Positions 1-12,516 of a stretch of 64,000 nucleotides of DNA are shown here, in pieces. Both the position numbers and the translations under genes were made by a program. The stretch comes from Takakia lepidozioides. Lineage: Eukaryota > Plantae > Bryophyta. The stretch covers positions 16,740,001 through 16,804,000 of the forward strand of contig CM060732.1 in NCBI GenBank assembly GCA_030704615.1. The letters run 5' to 3'. Under the pieces are notes generated by a model. That model saw nothing but the letters and a program-made list of their open reading frames with translations. It was not told where the DNA came from and searched no databases. Each line of letters opens with the position of its first letter. The stretch's first letter is position 1.

Positions 1-606
1 AGGCTCGCCCTCAAATGCCAACTTCTTGGCAGAGCCAGTCCCAGTCCGAACTGACTTGGGAACCCGGACGACCGGTGACTTGGTAGTAGCAGCAGCAGTT
101 GCAGGACCTTGCACAAAGTCGTCGTCGGAGTCACTCCCTTGGGGCCGCTCCTGCGCCTCCTCTGGTGCCCCGGTGGTTTTCTGTTTTTTGGGGGTTACTT
201 TACTCCCCTGTTTCCGTGTCCTTTTCATTTGTCCTTTATTCTTCTCATTCAATTTCTCCTGAATACCTGCCTAAGCAAGCTCTGCCGCTTTCCTGGACTT
301 GACAAGCATTTTCGCCTCCTTTGGACCCAGCGGAGGCAGCGGAGCTCGGTTTGGTCGGGCCTCCGCATCCAGCTTCAATTGGAACTCGGATGAGTCGAGC
401 GAGCCGGGCGGAAGGTCCACATACCAAGGGCAATCGCGCAAATGCTCTAGATGCCACTCCTTCACGATAACGTCAGTGTACATGGAGTCAGCTCTAGGGT
501 TCCTCCATGCGAGGAAGAATGGCGGCTGGAAGGACAGATGACCTTTCTCCAACAGGGAGAACTTACAGTACCTGCATTCAAAAAACACAGACAGAATCAC
601 ATCCAT
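1..606 (-). pseudogene. Unassigned coding remnant, probably an accessory gene of the adjacent Mutator-like element
   Basis: ORF 271-606 (..ECRYCKFSLLEKGH..) continues in frame past one TAG into a K/E/S-rich tail that runs off the window. It points away from the transposase across the repeat arrays. No family recognised. Confidence 0.3.
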
Positions 607-1016
607 TTTTCCAGACTGGGTCCGAAAATGGCTAAGTCCCAGATCTGATTGGGCCCGGAACTGGAAAAATGGCGCCGAATTTCCAGAATATGTGCCATCC
701 GCCCCAGGGACTTAGCCATTTTTCCAGTACAGGGTCCGAAAATGGCTAAGTCCCAGAAATGACTGGGCCCGGAACTGGAAAAATGGCGCCGAATTTCCAG
801 AATATGTGCCATCCGCCCCAGGGACAGCCATTTTCGGACCTTGTACTGGAAAAATGGCGCCATTTTTCCAGTACAGGGTCCGAAAATGGCTAAGTCCCAG
901 AACTGACTGGGCCCGGAACTGGAAAAATGGTGCCGAATTTCCAAACTGTGCCAGCCACCCCCGGGGCTTAGCCATCCGCCCCATGGCCGGAAACAGGAAA
1001 TTCGGCGCCATTTTTC
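603..1016. repeat. Tandem array A, about 113-bp unit, about 3 copies
   Basis: Repeated ccatttttccagtacagggtccgaaaatggctaagtcccag...ctggaaaaatggcgccgaatttcc. Confidence 0.9.
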
Positions 1017-1518
1017 TAGGGGCTTCACAACTAATTTTCATGCGCCACATAAGGCAACTTACATCCTGGAAATGCAGGGACTACAATGGCCACGGATCAA
1101 AGAAAGGCAACACGTATGTACCTGTACAGAAGGCGCGTTGCCGCTTTGTCACCGTTCGGCTGGTCGGCATAGCCGCATTGCCGCCCGTAGTACAAAGGCT
1201 TCAGTTTGCGACGCGGTCTAGATGTGGGATTTCTCTCAAGAGAGCCACGCCCTTCTCCACGCGGCATACGTCCAAGTAAAAGAAAAAATCTCCCGCAGAA
1301 TGCGTGCGTACATGCCTCGAATGGAACTTCATCCACCCGTCACATCAGGTGTCGAAGGCGTATCCGGGAAGCAAGCGCGGTGTCCGTGTGGAACGTCCGG
1401 TTCAAAACAGACGGCGGAGGACATTTAATGCGCAACTGCGCCCTTAAATGTAGGTATGGAGGTCGCCCACAGGCGCCACCTGGCCCACCCTCCCCCCGAG
1501 ACTTCATCAACAGCCCGC

Positions 1519-1960
1519 TGGATGGAAAAAAACGACGCCGAATTTCCATTCCGCGGATGAAGTGGGACGCACCGTGGCCCTCCCTCCGCCCGAGACGTTC
1601 TCATCCAGAAGCAGCCGGATGGAAAACCGGCGCAAAATTTCCATGCTGCAGGCAAGTCGGAGCTCGGCCGGATGGAAAACCGGCGCCGAATTTCCATCCT
1701 GCAGGCAAGCGGGAGCGCGGCCGGATGGAAAACCGGTGCCGAATTTCCATCCTGCAGGTAAACCGGAGGGCTGCAGGATGGAAAACCGGCGCCGAATTTC
1801 CATCTTGCAAGTAAACCGGAGCGCTGCAGGATGGAAAACCGGCGCCGAATTTCCATCCTGCAGGTAAACCGGAGGGCTGCAGGATGGAAAACCGGCGCCG
1901 AATTTCCATCCTGCAAGTAAATTGGTCCACCTCATGGATGGAAATCCGGCACCGAATTTG
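1519..1960. repeat. Tandem array B, 53-bp unit, about 7 copies
   Basis: GGATGGAAAACCGGCGCCGAATTTCCATCC-like motif starts at about 1617, 1670, 1723, 1776, 1829, 1882 and 1936. Confidence 0.92.
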
Positions 1961-2103
1961 TCTCTACCGGACGACATTGGTGGGCATAACGTGCCAAAAA
2001 GTGGACCGCAGGCGAAAAACTCTAAGTTGAGTGATTGATTAGACAAAAAAAACGCGAAAAATGAATCAAATTTGTTGATGAAGGGTCGATACGGGCGTCT
2101 GTT

Positions 2104-3611
2104 GATGGATATTCGGCGCCGTTTTTCCATCCTGCAGATGATCTCTTTCGGCCACTCCCCCCGAGACGACTCCATCCGTGCGGCCTTGGATGGAAATACG
2201 GCACCGTTTTTCCATTCGAGGGATGTTCTCTGTCGGCTAGATGTCGGCCTCTCCCCCCGAGACGACTTCATCCGACGGGCCTTGTCCTGAAATTCGGCGC
2301 CGTTTTTCCATCCGGGGGATATTCTCTGTCGGCCAGGTGTCGGCCTCTCCCCCCGAGACGACTTCATCCGACGGGCCTCGAATGGAAATTCGGCGCCGTT
2401 TTTCCATCCGAGGGATGTTCTCTGTCGGCCAGGTGTCGGCCTCTCCCCTCGAGACGACTTCATCCGAACGGCCTCGGATGGAAATTCGGCGCCGTTTTTC
2501 CATCCGGGGGATGTTCTCTGTCGGCCAGGTGTCGGCCTCTCCCCCCGAGACGACTTCATCCGAACGGCCTCGGATGGAAATTCGGCGCCGTTTTTCCATC
2601 CGAGGGATGTTCTCTGTCGGGCAGGTGTCGGCCTCTCCCCCCGAGACGACTTCATCCGAACGGCCTCGGATGGAAATTAGGCGCCGTTTTTCCATCCGAG
2701 GGATGTTCTCTGTCGGCCAAGTGTCGGCCTCTCCCCCCGAGACGACTTTATCCGACGGGCCTCGAATGGAAATTCGGCGCCGTTTTTCCATCCGGGGGAT
2801 GTTCTCTGTCGGGCAGGTGTCGTCCTCTCCCCACGAGACGACTTCATCCGAGCGGCCTCAGATGGAAATTCGGCGCCGTTTTTCCATGCGATGGATGTTC
2901 TCTATCGGCCAGGTGTCGGCCTCTCCCCCCGAGACGACTTCATCCGACGTATGGAAATTCGGCGCCGTTTTTCCATGCGATGGATGTTCTCTGTCGGCCA
3001 GGTGTCGGCCTCTCCCCCCGAGACCACTTCATCCGAACGGCCTCGGATGGAAATTCGGCGCCATTTTTCCATCCGAGGGATGTTCTCTGTCGGGCAGGTG
3101 TCGTCCTCTCCCCATGAGACGACTTCATCCGAACGGCCTCGGATGGAAATTCGGCGCCGTTTTTCCATCCGATGGATGTTCTCTGTCGGCCAGGTGTGTC
3201 GGCCTCTCCCCACGAGACGACTTCATCCGAATGGCCTCGTATGGAAATTCGGCGCCGTTTTGCCATCCGGGGGATATTCTCTGTAGGCCAGGTGTCGGCC
3301 TCTACCCCCGAGACAACTTCATCCGAACGGCCTCATTGGAGATTCGGCGCCGTTTTTCCATCCAAGGGATGTTCTCTGTCGGCCAGGTGTCAGCCTCTCC
3401 TCCGAGACGACTTCATCTGACGGGCCTCGTATTGAAATTCGGCGCCATTTTTCCATCCGTGGGAAGTTCTCTGTCGGCCAGGTGTCGGCCTCTCCCCCGG
3501 GACAACTTCATCCGAACGGCCTCTAATGGAAATTCGGCGCCGTTTTTCCATCCGAGGGATATTCTCTGTCGGCCAGGTGTCGGTCTGTCCCCCTGAGACG
3601 ACTTCATCCGA
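2104..3611. repeat. Tandem array C, 96-bp unit, about 16 copies
   Basis: GGAAATTCGGCGCCGTTTTTCCATCC recurs at 2384, 2480, 2576, 2672 and onward, with conserved intervening sequence. Confidence 0.95.
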
Positions 3612-3635
3612 CATGTTGGTTCCCATTGTCACAAA

Positions 3636-5200
3636 TTGACAAGGGGTAACTCACGGGAGGCTGCCCTTGAGGCAGAGCAGCTCGTTCAGGAGGAGGTTAA
3701 GTTGAGACCTGGTGCCAAACCCAAACAGATACAGCTGCAGGCCGCCCATAAGATGGCATTGGCCAGAATTATGTCGGAAGACGGCTCCGACAGAGTTCCT
3801 CTCGATGAGAAGGAAATGGAGGCATTTCTGGAGTCGGTGTTCCACGTCTGTTCACCGAATGTCTGAAACCACATTGTCTCTTGCAAACAGAGAATTGGGC
3901 GTGGCTCGGATATGCACTCCATTCTAGAGGTGAAGCGACGATGTGGATATGACTACATTCATGGAAGTAGATTTCCAGGACAAGGGACTGAGGCAGATCA
4001 CTGTTTCGTATTCAAAATGTCAACGTGTGGGCCTGGCAGTGGCGTCGAACTGATCCACCGGATGATGAGTGGGGACCTGTCAAACAGTTGGGTCATGTTC
4101 GATCATATCAAGCGAATTACAAATCACCAGTGGGTGACAATGGGTGCACATGTCTACGACACCCACTGCAGGATGCTAATGACAATTATTATTTGTGAGA
4201 TGAAAGGAGAGGACACACAATCGGAGATGCTTCTTTGGCAGGGAATAAACGAACAGATGGCCATGGCAGGATTTCTTCCTCCCAATTTTCGTGGTTTCAT
4301 GGCAGACAACGCACAAGCAAATTGGGCTGCCATCCGAAGGGTGTACGGGGAAGACCCCAATGTTCCGATGAAAAGCAAGGAGAGATCTTGTGGGTTCCAT
4401 TTTCTGCAGAGCTTGTCGCAGTACACAACCAGGCTCGTGGCGCCAGATTTCAGAGAGGAGCACCGTTCCATGTGTCTTGCGTGGAAGTGTGCTCCCACCT
4501 TGGATGATGCAGAGACACAGTTTGCATGTATACGGGCTTGGTGAACAACGTCAGGTGCTATAAAGAAATCAGACGAAGGAGCAATGGTCAGGTAGCTAGC
4601 ATGGTGGCATTATTGTTTCCTCCAGTTCGGCGACTATATGCGGGAGGTGAGTTGGACAAATTTGCGTCCCGTTGAATATTATGCTAGCTACTCATTATTT
4701 GTAATTTGCTTGTAACCTGAACATGTGCATGTGCAGGAAATGTGTCTCGACTCCGACACCGACCTGTCGACAACAAACATGGCCGAATCAATACATTCTT
4801 CCTGGCGTGCCTCCTCTGCGGCGCATCTGGTGGACATCCTCACTGCCACAACGGAGGACATTGTCAGGTCAATTATGTAGCAATGCAGGTACAACGAGTT
4901 CTTGAAATGGAAACAGTGGGGCTTGGGGCCGGACAGGTAGGAAATGCTGATGCAGACTGCCTCCAGATCGAAGAATCCTTGCAAGTGGGCGACAGCCTTG
5001 CGAGAGGGCCTTCGGGGCACGCCATTGCTTCGAAGTGGCCAACACTTGAAAGGAGATGTTCACACCCGTCCAGTGAGACAAAGACTTGACGAGGCACCTG
5101 GCGGAGAAGAGGATTCATGGCGAGCTGACAAGAATATTCGCACGCTCCCTCGTGGTCCCGTGATGTTGCCCGCGGAGGTCTCGTCGAGCACCGCAAGTCC
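3636..5200 (+). pseudogene. Mutator-like (MULE) DDE transposase, spliced, with stops
   Basis: WVMFDH (D1), FMADNAQA (D2) and CGFH (CxxH), then after a GT-AG intron (about 4648-4736) TTNMAESIH (catalytic E motif). In-frame stops near 3866, 4544 and 4594. Confidence 0.8.
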
Positions 5201-5209
5201 GATGTCTGA

Positions 5210-5691
5210 GAAAATGGCGCCGAATCTCCAGTTACATGGCCCAAGAACTGCCCAACATCTGTGCAATCCCCGGCACCATGTACCGAAATTCGGCGCCACA
5301 TTTCCAAATTTTGGGCTTACACACCTGCCATGTTGGGACCTATAGCCGCGAAATTCGGCACCATTTTTCGCCGGAGACACTTATTACCGCGAAATACGTC
5401 GCAGCTTTCTCCGGTTGCGGAACCTATTACAGCGAAATTCGGCGCCATTTTTGCAGATGTCGCTCGAAATTCGCATGAGCGGAAGACGAAATATCATGAG
5501 CACGGCTCTCAAAACTACAATTTTTACTTCAAACAATGAATATTATATTGGTTTTTTCTGACACATTCCATTAAAAATAATATTTTTTTAAATGTTTTCT
5601 ATTTCCAAAATTTGTACTTCTGCTCATAAAAACTGATTGTCTTGCTACTCCGCTCATGCCGCTCATGCTCATGAAATAGCTAACCTCCCTG
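5210..5691. mobile_element. Right subterminal and terminal region of the Mutator-like element
   Basis: Dispersed AAATTCGGCGCC copies at 5210-5450, GCTCAT/ATGAGC repeats, and an end at ...taacctccctg (CAGGGAGG on minus) where pogo homology abruptly begins. Confidence 0.5.
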
Positions 5692-6810
5692 GGAACTCGT
5701 GGTGGAGATGGTTCAAGCGACGTCATCCTGATATATCTTTGCGCTCTGCTCAAGGTTTGGAGGTAAGTAGAGCAAAAGCTATAAATGTTGAAAATGGTCA
5801 ATCTTTCTATGCCAACCTACAAGGCATGTATGATCTCCATAAATATCCCCCATCACAAATCTGGAATTGTGATGAAACGGGAGTGCAAGCTGGTCGCACA
5901 AGTGGAGCAAAGGTATTGGCAAAGAAGGGCACACATTATGTGTATGGTATCGCACCTCAAAGCAGAGAATGGATGTTTGTACTTGTATGCGTAAACGCAG
6001 CAGGTCTCTCCATACCGAACTTTTATATCTTCAAAGGCAGACAGAAAAGGAAGAATCACATTGCAAAATGTGAGCCAGGGTCTCTTATGGCAATGCAAGA
6101 CAAAGCATGGATTAACAAGTCATTATTCACTTGCTGGCTAGACCACTTCCAGAAGCACGCACAAAGAATTTCACCTACCAACCGACATCTACTAATTTTG
6201 GATGGGCATGGATCTCATGTTTCAAAAGAAGCAGTCTTGAAAGCACAAAGAATGGGTTTGGATATGGTCACATTACCTGCTCACACAAGCCATGTGCTCC
6301 GGCCCCTTGATGTGGCATGCTTTGGTCCCTTCAAGAAGACATTCAGGAAAACTCGAGATGAAGCGACAATGCGCAGAAATGACAGCTATGCAGAAAAAGA
6401 ACATCTTGCGGAGTGGCCAGCAAAGGCTTCAGGTTAGTACTTATAAAACACAACATCACAAAATGATTTGCAAAAGTTGGAATCTAGCCATACAATGCAA
6501 GGGCAATGGACAAGCATTATGGACCTTCAAGAGCATTCGCATCAACCCCAAGCCTTGATGAGGGTTCTGAAACAGAAAGTGGGGGTGACTCTCAAAGTGA
6601 AGAGGACGATGAGCCAGACATCACTATTGAAGACATTAGGGAAGAAGAAAATGAGAATGCAAATGGCTACGCCTGCCATTACTTTGTGGACATTGCTGAC
6701 CCAAAAAGTCAGGAGGAATAGCACAATGATGAAGATGAAATCATGAACAACACAATGAAGACATGCATCAACAGGAAGGAATCAACAAGTTTTTGCCACT
6801 CCCTCAAGTG
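5689..6810 (+). pseudogene. pogo/Tigger-type (DDE_1) transposase, 5' truncated and frameshifted
   Basis: WWRWFKRRHPDISLR (end of CENP-B HTH), IWNCDETG, LLILDGHGSH and LPAHTSHVLRPLDVACFGPFK. Frameshift near 6420, then an acidic tail. Confidence 0.9.
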
Positions 6811-8393
6811 CTGAGTTTCGGGTGCCCGTCAATTCCCCATAAATCGATGACGTAGCCCGGCTCAGGCATGAGTTCCCCGGAATTCGGATTCAAGTAGAAA
6901 TTGGCCCAAATGGAAAGCTATGCATGTAGATTGGTTAGAATGCTTCCAAATTTTTTATGGTAGTGAGTTTCCACGCAAGGAACAATATGACTAGAGGACT
7001 TGACATTGTGATGAAAATTTGGACACATTTGAGGCAGATTTGGGGTCAATTAATGGAGACCATTTTTGACCCACCAATTTTCCCATACAAAGCAACGCTC
7101 ATGTGGTTTTGGAATTTGGTTTTGGAATTTTGGCCCAAGGTGCTCTACATGCCAGGCAATTAGAATTTGGGTATGTTGTATCAATGAAAAATCATTTTGC
7201 CAGGCCAATTGCTTGGTCAAACCATTTCTTCACTCCTAAACTAGAGCACAGTAAACATTTACAGCTTGCATTTTTGTTATAATTTTTGTAATGACACGGT
7301 GAAATCACTTGAAATTTTTACAGTAGGTTCCTGAAGTATGTAGGATTACTTTCATACGGTTCATCCCCCTGGATGTTTGTCAAATGTGAGATATGCCCTC
7401 AAACATGAGGGCATGTTCCGTTTTGGAATAGGCCCACCAAAAACAGGCTCGTCCATTAGGGGTTAAAGTACCACTAAGCAAGTGGGGACCACAATCTTGT
7501 ACATGACATATTTAGGTTCAAGGAAGTTTTTGTGACAGGATATATATTTTTTTGACTTTCACTGTGATAGACAACTTTGAAAAAATGCCTTTCACATGAC
7601 AGGTTGAGAATTTTTTTGCCTTTCACACAACCATATCATATGAAATTAAAATTAAAAATGATAGAGAAGTGTGAACTTCTTAGTACAATTAGTCCAAAGA
7701 AAGAACCCTTCGGTTTCTCATGTTGCGCCACACCTCGAACACTGCCCTCCAATCCATATTCTCCAACTTGATCCCACACAATGACATATGCATCAAAGCG
7801 TCCAAAGTATCCAACTTCAAGCAAGACCGCAAATGGCTTTTGATAGCATGGGGCCAGTCATTGTTGCAAGAAAGCCCACTTTGCTATTTTTTGCAAGTTT
7901 TCGACGACCAAAAGTACTTGAAAATTCATCTCTCCCACACCGCAAGTCCCAAAATTATGAGACCAAGCCGGTGCACCCCTCCTCATTGAGGGCTTTCTAA
8001 TGGTACCAAACACCAGGGCTGGGGCCCGCGGTTTGGGAGATCTCAACGATAACACAAAACACAACAAACTGTCTTTCTTCTATATTACTATTATTCTGTG
8101 TCAAGAATTGTGGAGTAGTCTAGTGGTATGGAGGTACTTGTGGTGTATAGGTGGTCTTGAGTTCAAATCTGTGCAATGAAATACATGTTTTTTCGAAGTT
8201 TTTGAAAAACTCAAGATTGCATGGTGATTTGAACCCACGATGGATGTCACGACAATGCTAATCCTTACCACTATGCTACCCTCTTAATCATGATAATCCC
8301 TTGTTGTAGACTTATATTTAAGGTATTGTTTACCCCCCTATGTGTGTATAATGTTGTACATGGGGGTGGTGGTTGGTACAGGTTGGCTGGGAT

Positions 8394-10410
8394 GCACCCC
8401 CTAGGCAAGATTGCGGGGCCGTTATCGGATCTCTTGCGTAAGTCTAAGATGTGAGTGTGGAACACCTTTTGTGGCCAAGCATTTGCCGAGTTGAAGCAGC
8501 GGATGGCTAAAGCTCCAGTCTCGAAAATTCCGGAGTTTGACCGTCCGTTTGAGATTCACACAGACGCGTCGGACTTCGTAAATGGGGTTCTGATGCAGGA
8601 TGTGCGTTCAGTGGCTTACAAAAGTAAGAAACGGAACGAGGTTGAAAGGAGGTGGCCTACGCACGAAAAGGAAATGAAGGCGGTGGTTCATTGCCTTGAA
8701 CTTTGGTGCCACTATGTTGGTTCCAACCCGGTGAAGGTGTTCACGGACAATGTCACGGTGAAGTATTTTGCAACGCAACCAAAGTTGTCTCCAAAGCAAA
8801 TTAGGTGGCAAGATACATCAACATTGTTCGATGTGAATGTCCAGTACAAGCTGGAACGAGACAATGTAGTGGCCGATGCATTAAGCCGAAAGCAGCAACT
8901 CATGTTGGTGTACAAGGAGGAAACGGAGTTACAAAGGAAGATACGAATGGCTTATCGGAAAGACTTGTTGGCAAAGAGTCTAGGGGCTAAGTTGCAATTC
9001 CATTTGCAGAATGCACTGCTTCGGTACAAACAAAAACGTCTCTATGTGCCGAAGGGAGGGCTCAGAGAAAGTTTCCTAAGGGAATGTCATGATGGCCCGC
9101 TTGCAGACCACGGTGGGGCCAAGCGCACCGCGACACTCTTAAAGAAGGAGTATTTCTGGCCCAAACTAAGGGAAGAGACCGAGGAGTATGTTAAGACATG
9201 CACCACATGCCAACACAACCGGAGTGAGTACAAGAAGCAAGCGGGGCTGTTACAACCGTTGCCGATTCCTGAAGGGCCTTGGGAGAGTGTCTCAATGGAT
9301 TTCATTACGAGCTTGCCATTGTCAAAGGACTATGATGCAATCATGGTGGTGGTGGTGGATAGGTTCAGTAAAATGACCCATTTCATCCCCACCAAGGAGA
9401 CGACAACGGCACATGAAACTGGACTACTTTTCTTCGCCCTTGTTTTCAAGCTTCATGGACTCCCGAAGGATATTGTCTTGGATCGCGATCCAAAGTTTAC
9501 AAGTAAGTTTTGGAGAATAAAACTTGATGTCAAGTTGGACGCGCTTCATCCTTGAAGTACGGCTTCAAAAGCGAGAAATGGAACACAGGGTGTACTTTGC
9601 TTTCCGCCGGTAGCTCCAACTCGTAAATGTCCTCATTCATAACCTTCCAAATGCAAAAAGGTCCCGCATACGGAGGCACAAACTTCGAACTCACTTCCGG
9701 AGGTAGTCGAAAATTCTTAATGTTCAACCAGACCTCCATGTCTGCTTCAAACATAACCTCCCTCCGACTTTGATTTGCCTGCAATTCATAGCGCTTTCTA
9801 GCCTTGGCGATGTTGGCTTTTGCAAGCTCCAACAAACACTTGCGTTCCTCCACCACCGCCATTGCGGCTGAAACCTTCTCGCCATCCTCTTCGGTCCCAT
9901 CCTTTGTCGTTTGGGCGGCCCAAGTCGTAGGCACCAAAGGTGCTTTCTCGTAGACCACTGGGAAGGGAGAAGCCCCCGTTGCGGAGTGTTCTGCGTTATT
10001 ATAACAGACCTTAGCCGTATCCAAGTGATCTACCCAATCTGCTTGGTCTGCCGAAACATAATTTCGCAAGAGTTGCTTCAACACGGAATTCACCCTTTCC
10101 GTTTGGCCGTCTGTCATAGGTCGTAAGGCCATGCTCATTTGTGTTGTTGGGTCATGAAAATGAACCCGAGTATAAGGTGGAGGCAGTGCTTAAGTCAAGG
10201 AGGTTCCAGAACTTAGAAATAGAGTATATCGTGAAATGGAAATGCTACCATCAAGTAGAGGCAACTTGGATGCGTGCCTCAGAAATGGGAAACGCACCCG
10301 AGGTGGTGGCAGCTTTCAGATGACAACCTCAAAAGCGGAAGAAGCATTGATGTGGACATCAACCTTAGATGGTGGGGGGGAGAATGCATGTTTAGTCCGG
10401 TTTAGCTATG
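8394..10410 (+). mobile_element. Gypsy chromovirus fragment (RNase H-integrase-chromodomain) with internal inversion
   Basis: HTDASDF, CHDGPLADH..CTTC, SMDFIT, YIVKWK..EATW. Closely similar to 39840-41880. Segment 9516-10140 is inverted. Confidence 0.93.
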
Positions 10411-10887
10411 ATTAATGTAATCTTACTCCTCCCGCTAAGATGCAACGAGTTCCTACCTCGTCTACCACTGTCATCTGCCTATGACAGTCCACGAGTACAC
10501 CTGCCAGTCTGAACTACGACTCACTGTATTGCTACGAAGGTTAGTGTTCGTTCGGCTGCTCGCCCACTCGGTCCTCCCGCCAGAATCATGTCAGAGCCTG
10601 ATGGATCAGCTCGTCTAGCACGTCTACACAAGGACGATTGTCGTTGGGTTTTCTACTGTTTTCTATCAGGGCCACGACGTATCCTAGCGCTTCGATATAG
10701 TAGAGCCAGCAGCCATGTTCGTTACTAGTGTAATGAACGAGAGCCACGATAGGGGAATGCTAGATCATGAGCAGTGCTCACGTGAGCGGTGGCTGCCTCA
10801 GGGTTTTTTTTATAAAGGGTACTGTACTTATTTCCGCGTATGGCACCTATAACCGCTGGTGGGATTTCCCTGAAGGCATGCAAACTG

Positions 10888-11299
10888 TCGGCTGGACCGA
10901 CATTTTATCAACGACTACATCACATGGTCGAAGATAAAATCAATTACCGTGGCTATGGTGGTCCAGTGAATCTCCTCCTCCGACAACCCATGGAGGATCA
11001 TAACAGTCTTGGGGGGGGTGAAGTTAGGGCAGACGGAGCATGATTGCATGCTTGGCCATGGAGCTTCAGCTACCCTACAAGAATGCTACTTTCTTGTTAG
11101 TGATCCCTACAAATTGAACATATGTTCGATATGCCGGCTGCCAGCTAGCATGGATACAACACGCAGACCGAAGTCCCGCTTTTACAAAAGGGGCAAGCAC
11201 CGTGCAAATTCAAATTCCCTATGCCTACAAAGTGGAATCCTCAACCTCCCTCCTGGTATAACCATGCGGTTTACTACAAGTTGCGAGTTCACCTTCTAG
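10888..11299 (+). pseudogene. NRPD2: C-terminal fragment of an RNA polymerase second-largest subunit, Pol IV/V (NRPD2/NRPE2)-like
   Basis: [25 protein letters not shown], frameshift in a G run, [53 protein letters not shown], GASAxLxE and GITxxF resemble NRPD2 more than NRPB2. Confidence 0.75.
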
Positions 11300-12516
11300 C
11301 TCCCCATTACCTGCGCGGCCCTGCTTTCGTAGAACGTATCGTCCACATCATCCTCCCTCGGGGAGGCCACTTCCAAATATTCCGGAGATACGTGCAAAAG
11401 AATATAGAGTACAATATATTCTTGGTTGATAAAATTTATAAAACAATTACAAATAAATATGGGTACCAATAAATCCTGGTTTCAAATTTTAAATTAATAT
11501 AGAGTGTGAAATATAGAAGTTTTTTATTTTATTTTTACAACTACCAATAGGGTCCTGATAAATACCTGGGACACGTGTCGTCTAATTACTGGTTTATCAA
11601 GTGGGCTATCAGGTTTGGGGGGGGGGGGGGGGGGGGTACATATGTTTGTATGTAGGTAAGGGCTCTATCTGCCCACCGCGATATCGCGGGATCAAATCTC
11701 TTTGCGTCGTTTTTTTTCTCTGCCTCGTGCACCAAGCCCTATCGTCCTCAATTCCCCGCTGCTGCGCTCCTCGTCCTCCTCGCTGTTGCTCCCATCTCCT
11801 GATGCGCAGCTTTTCCTCGCTGATGCTCACCGTCGATAACTCCAACCAGGCTAAGTCTCTAGAATCCATTCAGGTGGCGATGTAAAGAAGTTTGACCATC
11901 CTGCAAATGTGGGCTTTTGGCTCCTATTGGTATTCTTCCTGATGTTTAATGGTCTTCTTAAACTATTTCTCGAAATCCAGGGGGCACCTTAAATTCAAGT
12001 ATGATGCAACAGATAGTAAATAGATAGACATAGATTCAATTATTAGTCGGTTACTATGACTTTTGCGAAAGCTCAAAATGTTTATAGTTTGAATACTATT
12101 GATGCCCAATCTTTGGACGAATTTGTTTTGACCAAGTAATAATTATTTTTTATTGGAAAAATATTAATTATCTTATTTTTTAACATAGCGTGCCTAAAAT
12201 ATGCTAGCATCAGAAAATTATAATTAGTATAGCCTGCCAGAAAATATATCATTTTATAAATTTATGTAAATATAGGGTGGCCGATAAAGACCAAAATTAA
12301 AAAAAGACCAAAATTAAAACAATACCCCCTGTAAAATACCTTTTTTCGCACGTGATACCTAAAAGATATAAGGAGTGACCTTCCCGAGCATCCTCCATGA
12401 CCTCCGTCTGATTGACGATGTCCTCTGTGTCGTCAAGTGGGTTCTCGACAACCATTTTCTTCATCTTCCCCTGTCCATTGTTCAAACAGATGGGTCAGTT
12501 CCTAAAGTGCAGAGAT

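Noticed and set aside
2241-3596. 451-aa ORF (and overlapping 382-aa minus-strand ORF)
   Set aside because: Artefact of a stop-free 96-bp repeat unit whose length is a multiple of 3.
1600-3611. CRISPR-like array of palindromic repeats
   Set aside because: Spacers are near-identical rather than unique, there are no cas genes, and the context is eukaryotic; these are tandem repeats.
6825-6840. cccgtcaattcc resembling an SSU rRNA primer site
   Set aside because: Only about 12 nt match and the flanks are not rRNA.
11940-12360. Possible transposase C-terminus (HLKFKYDATDSK..LDEFVLTK) and element end
   Set aside because: Too short and decayed to assign; no convincing TIR pair.
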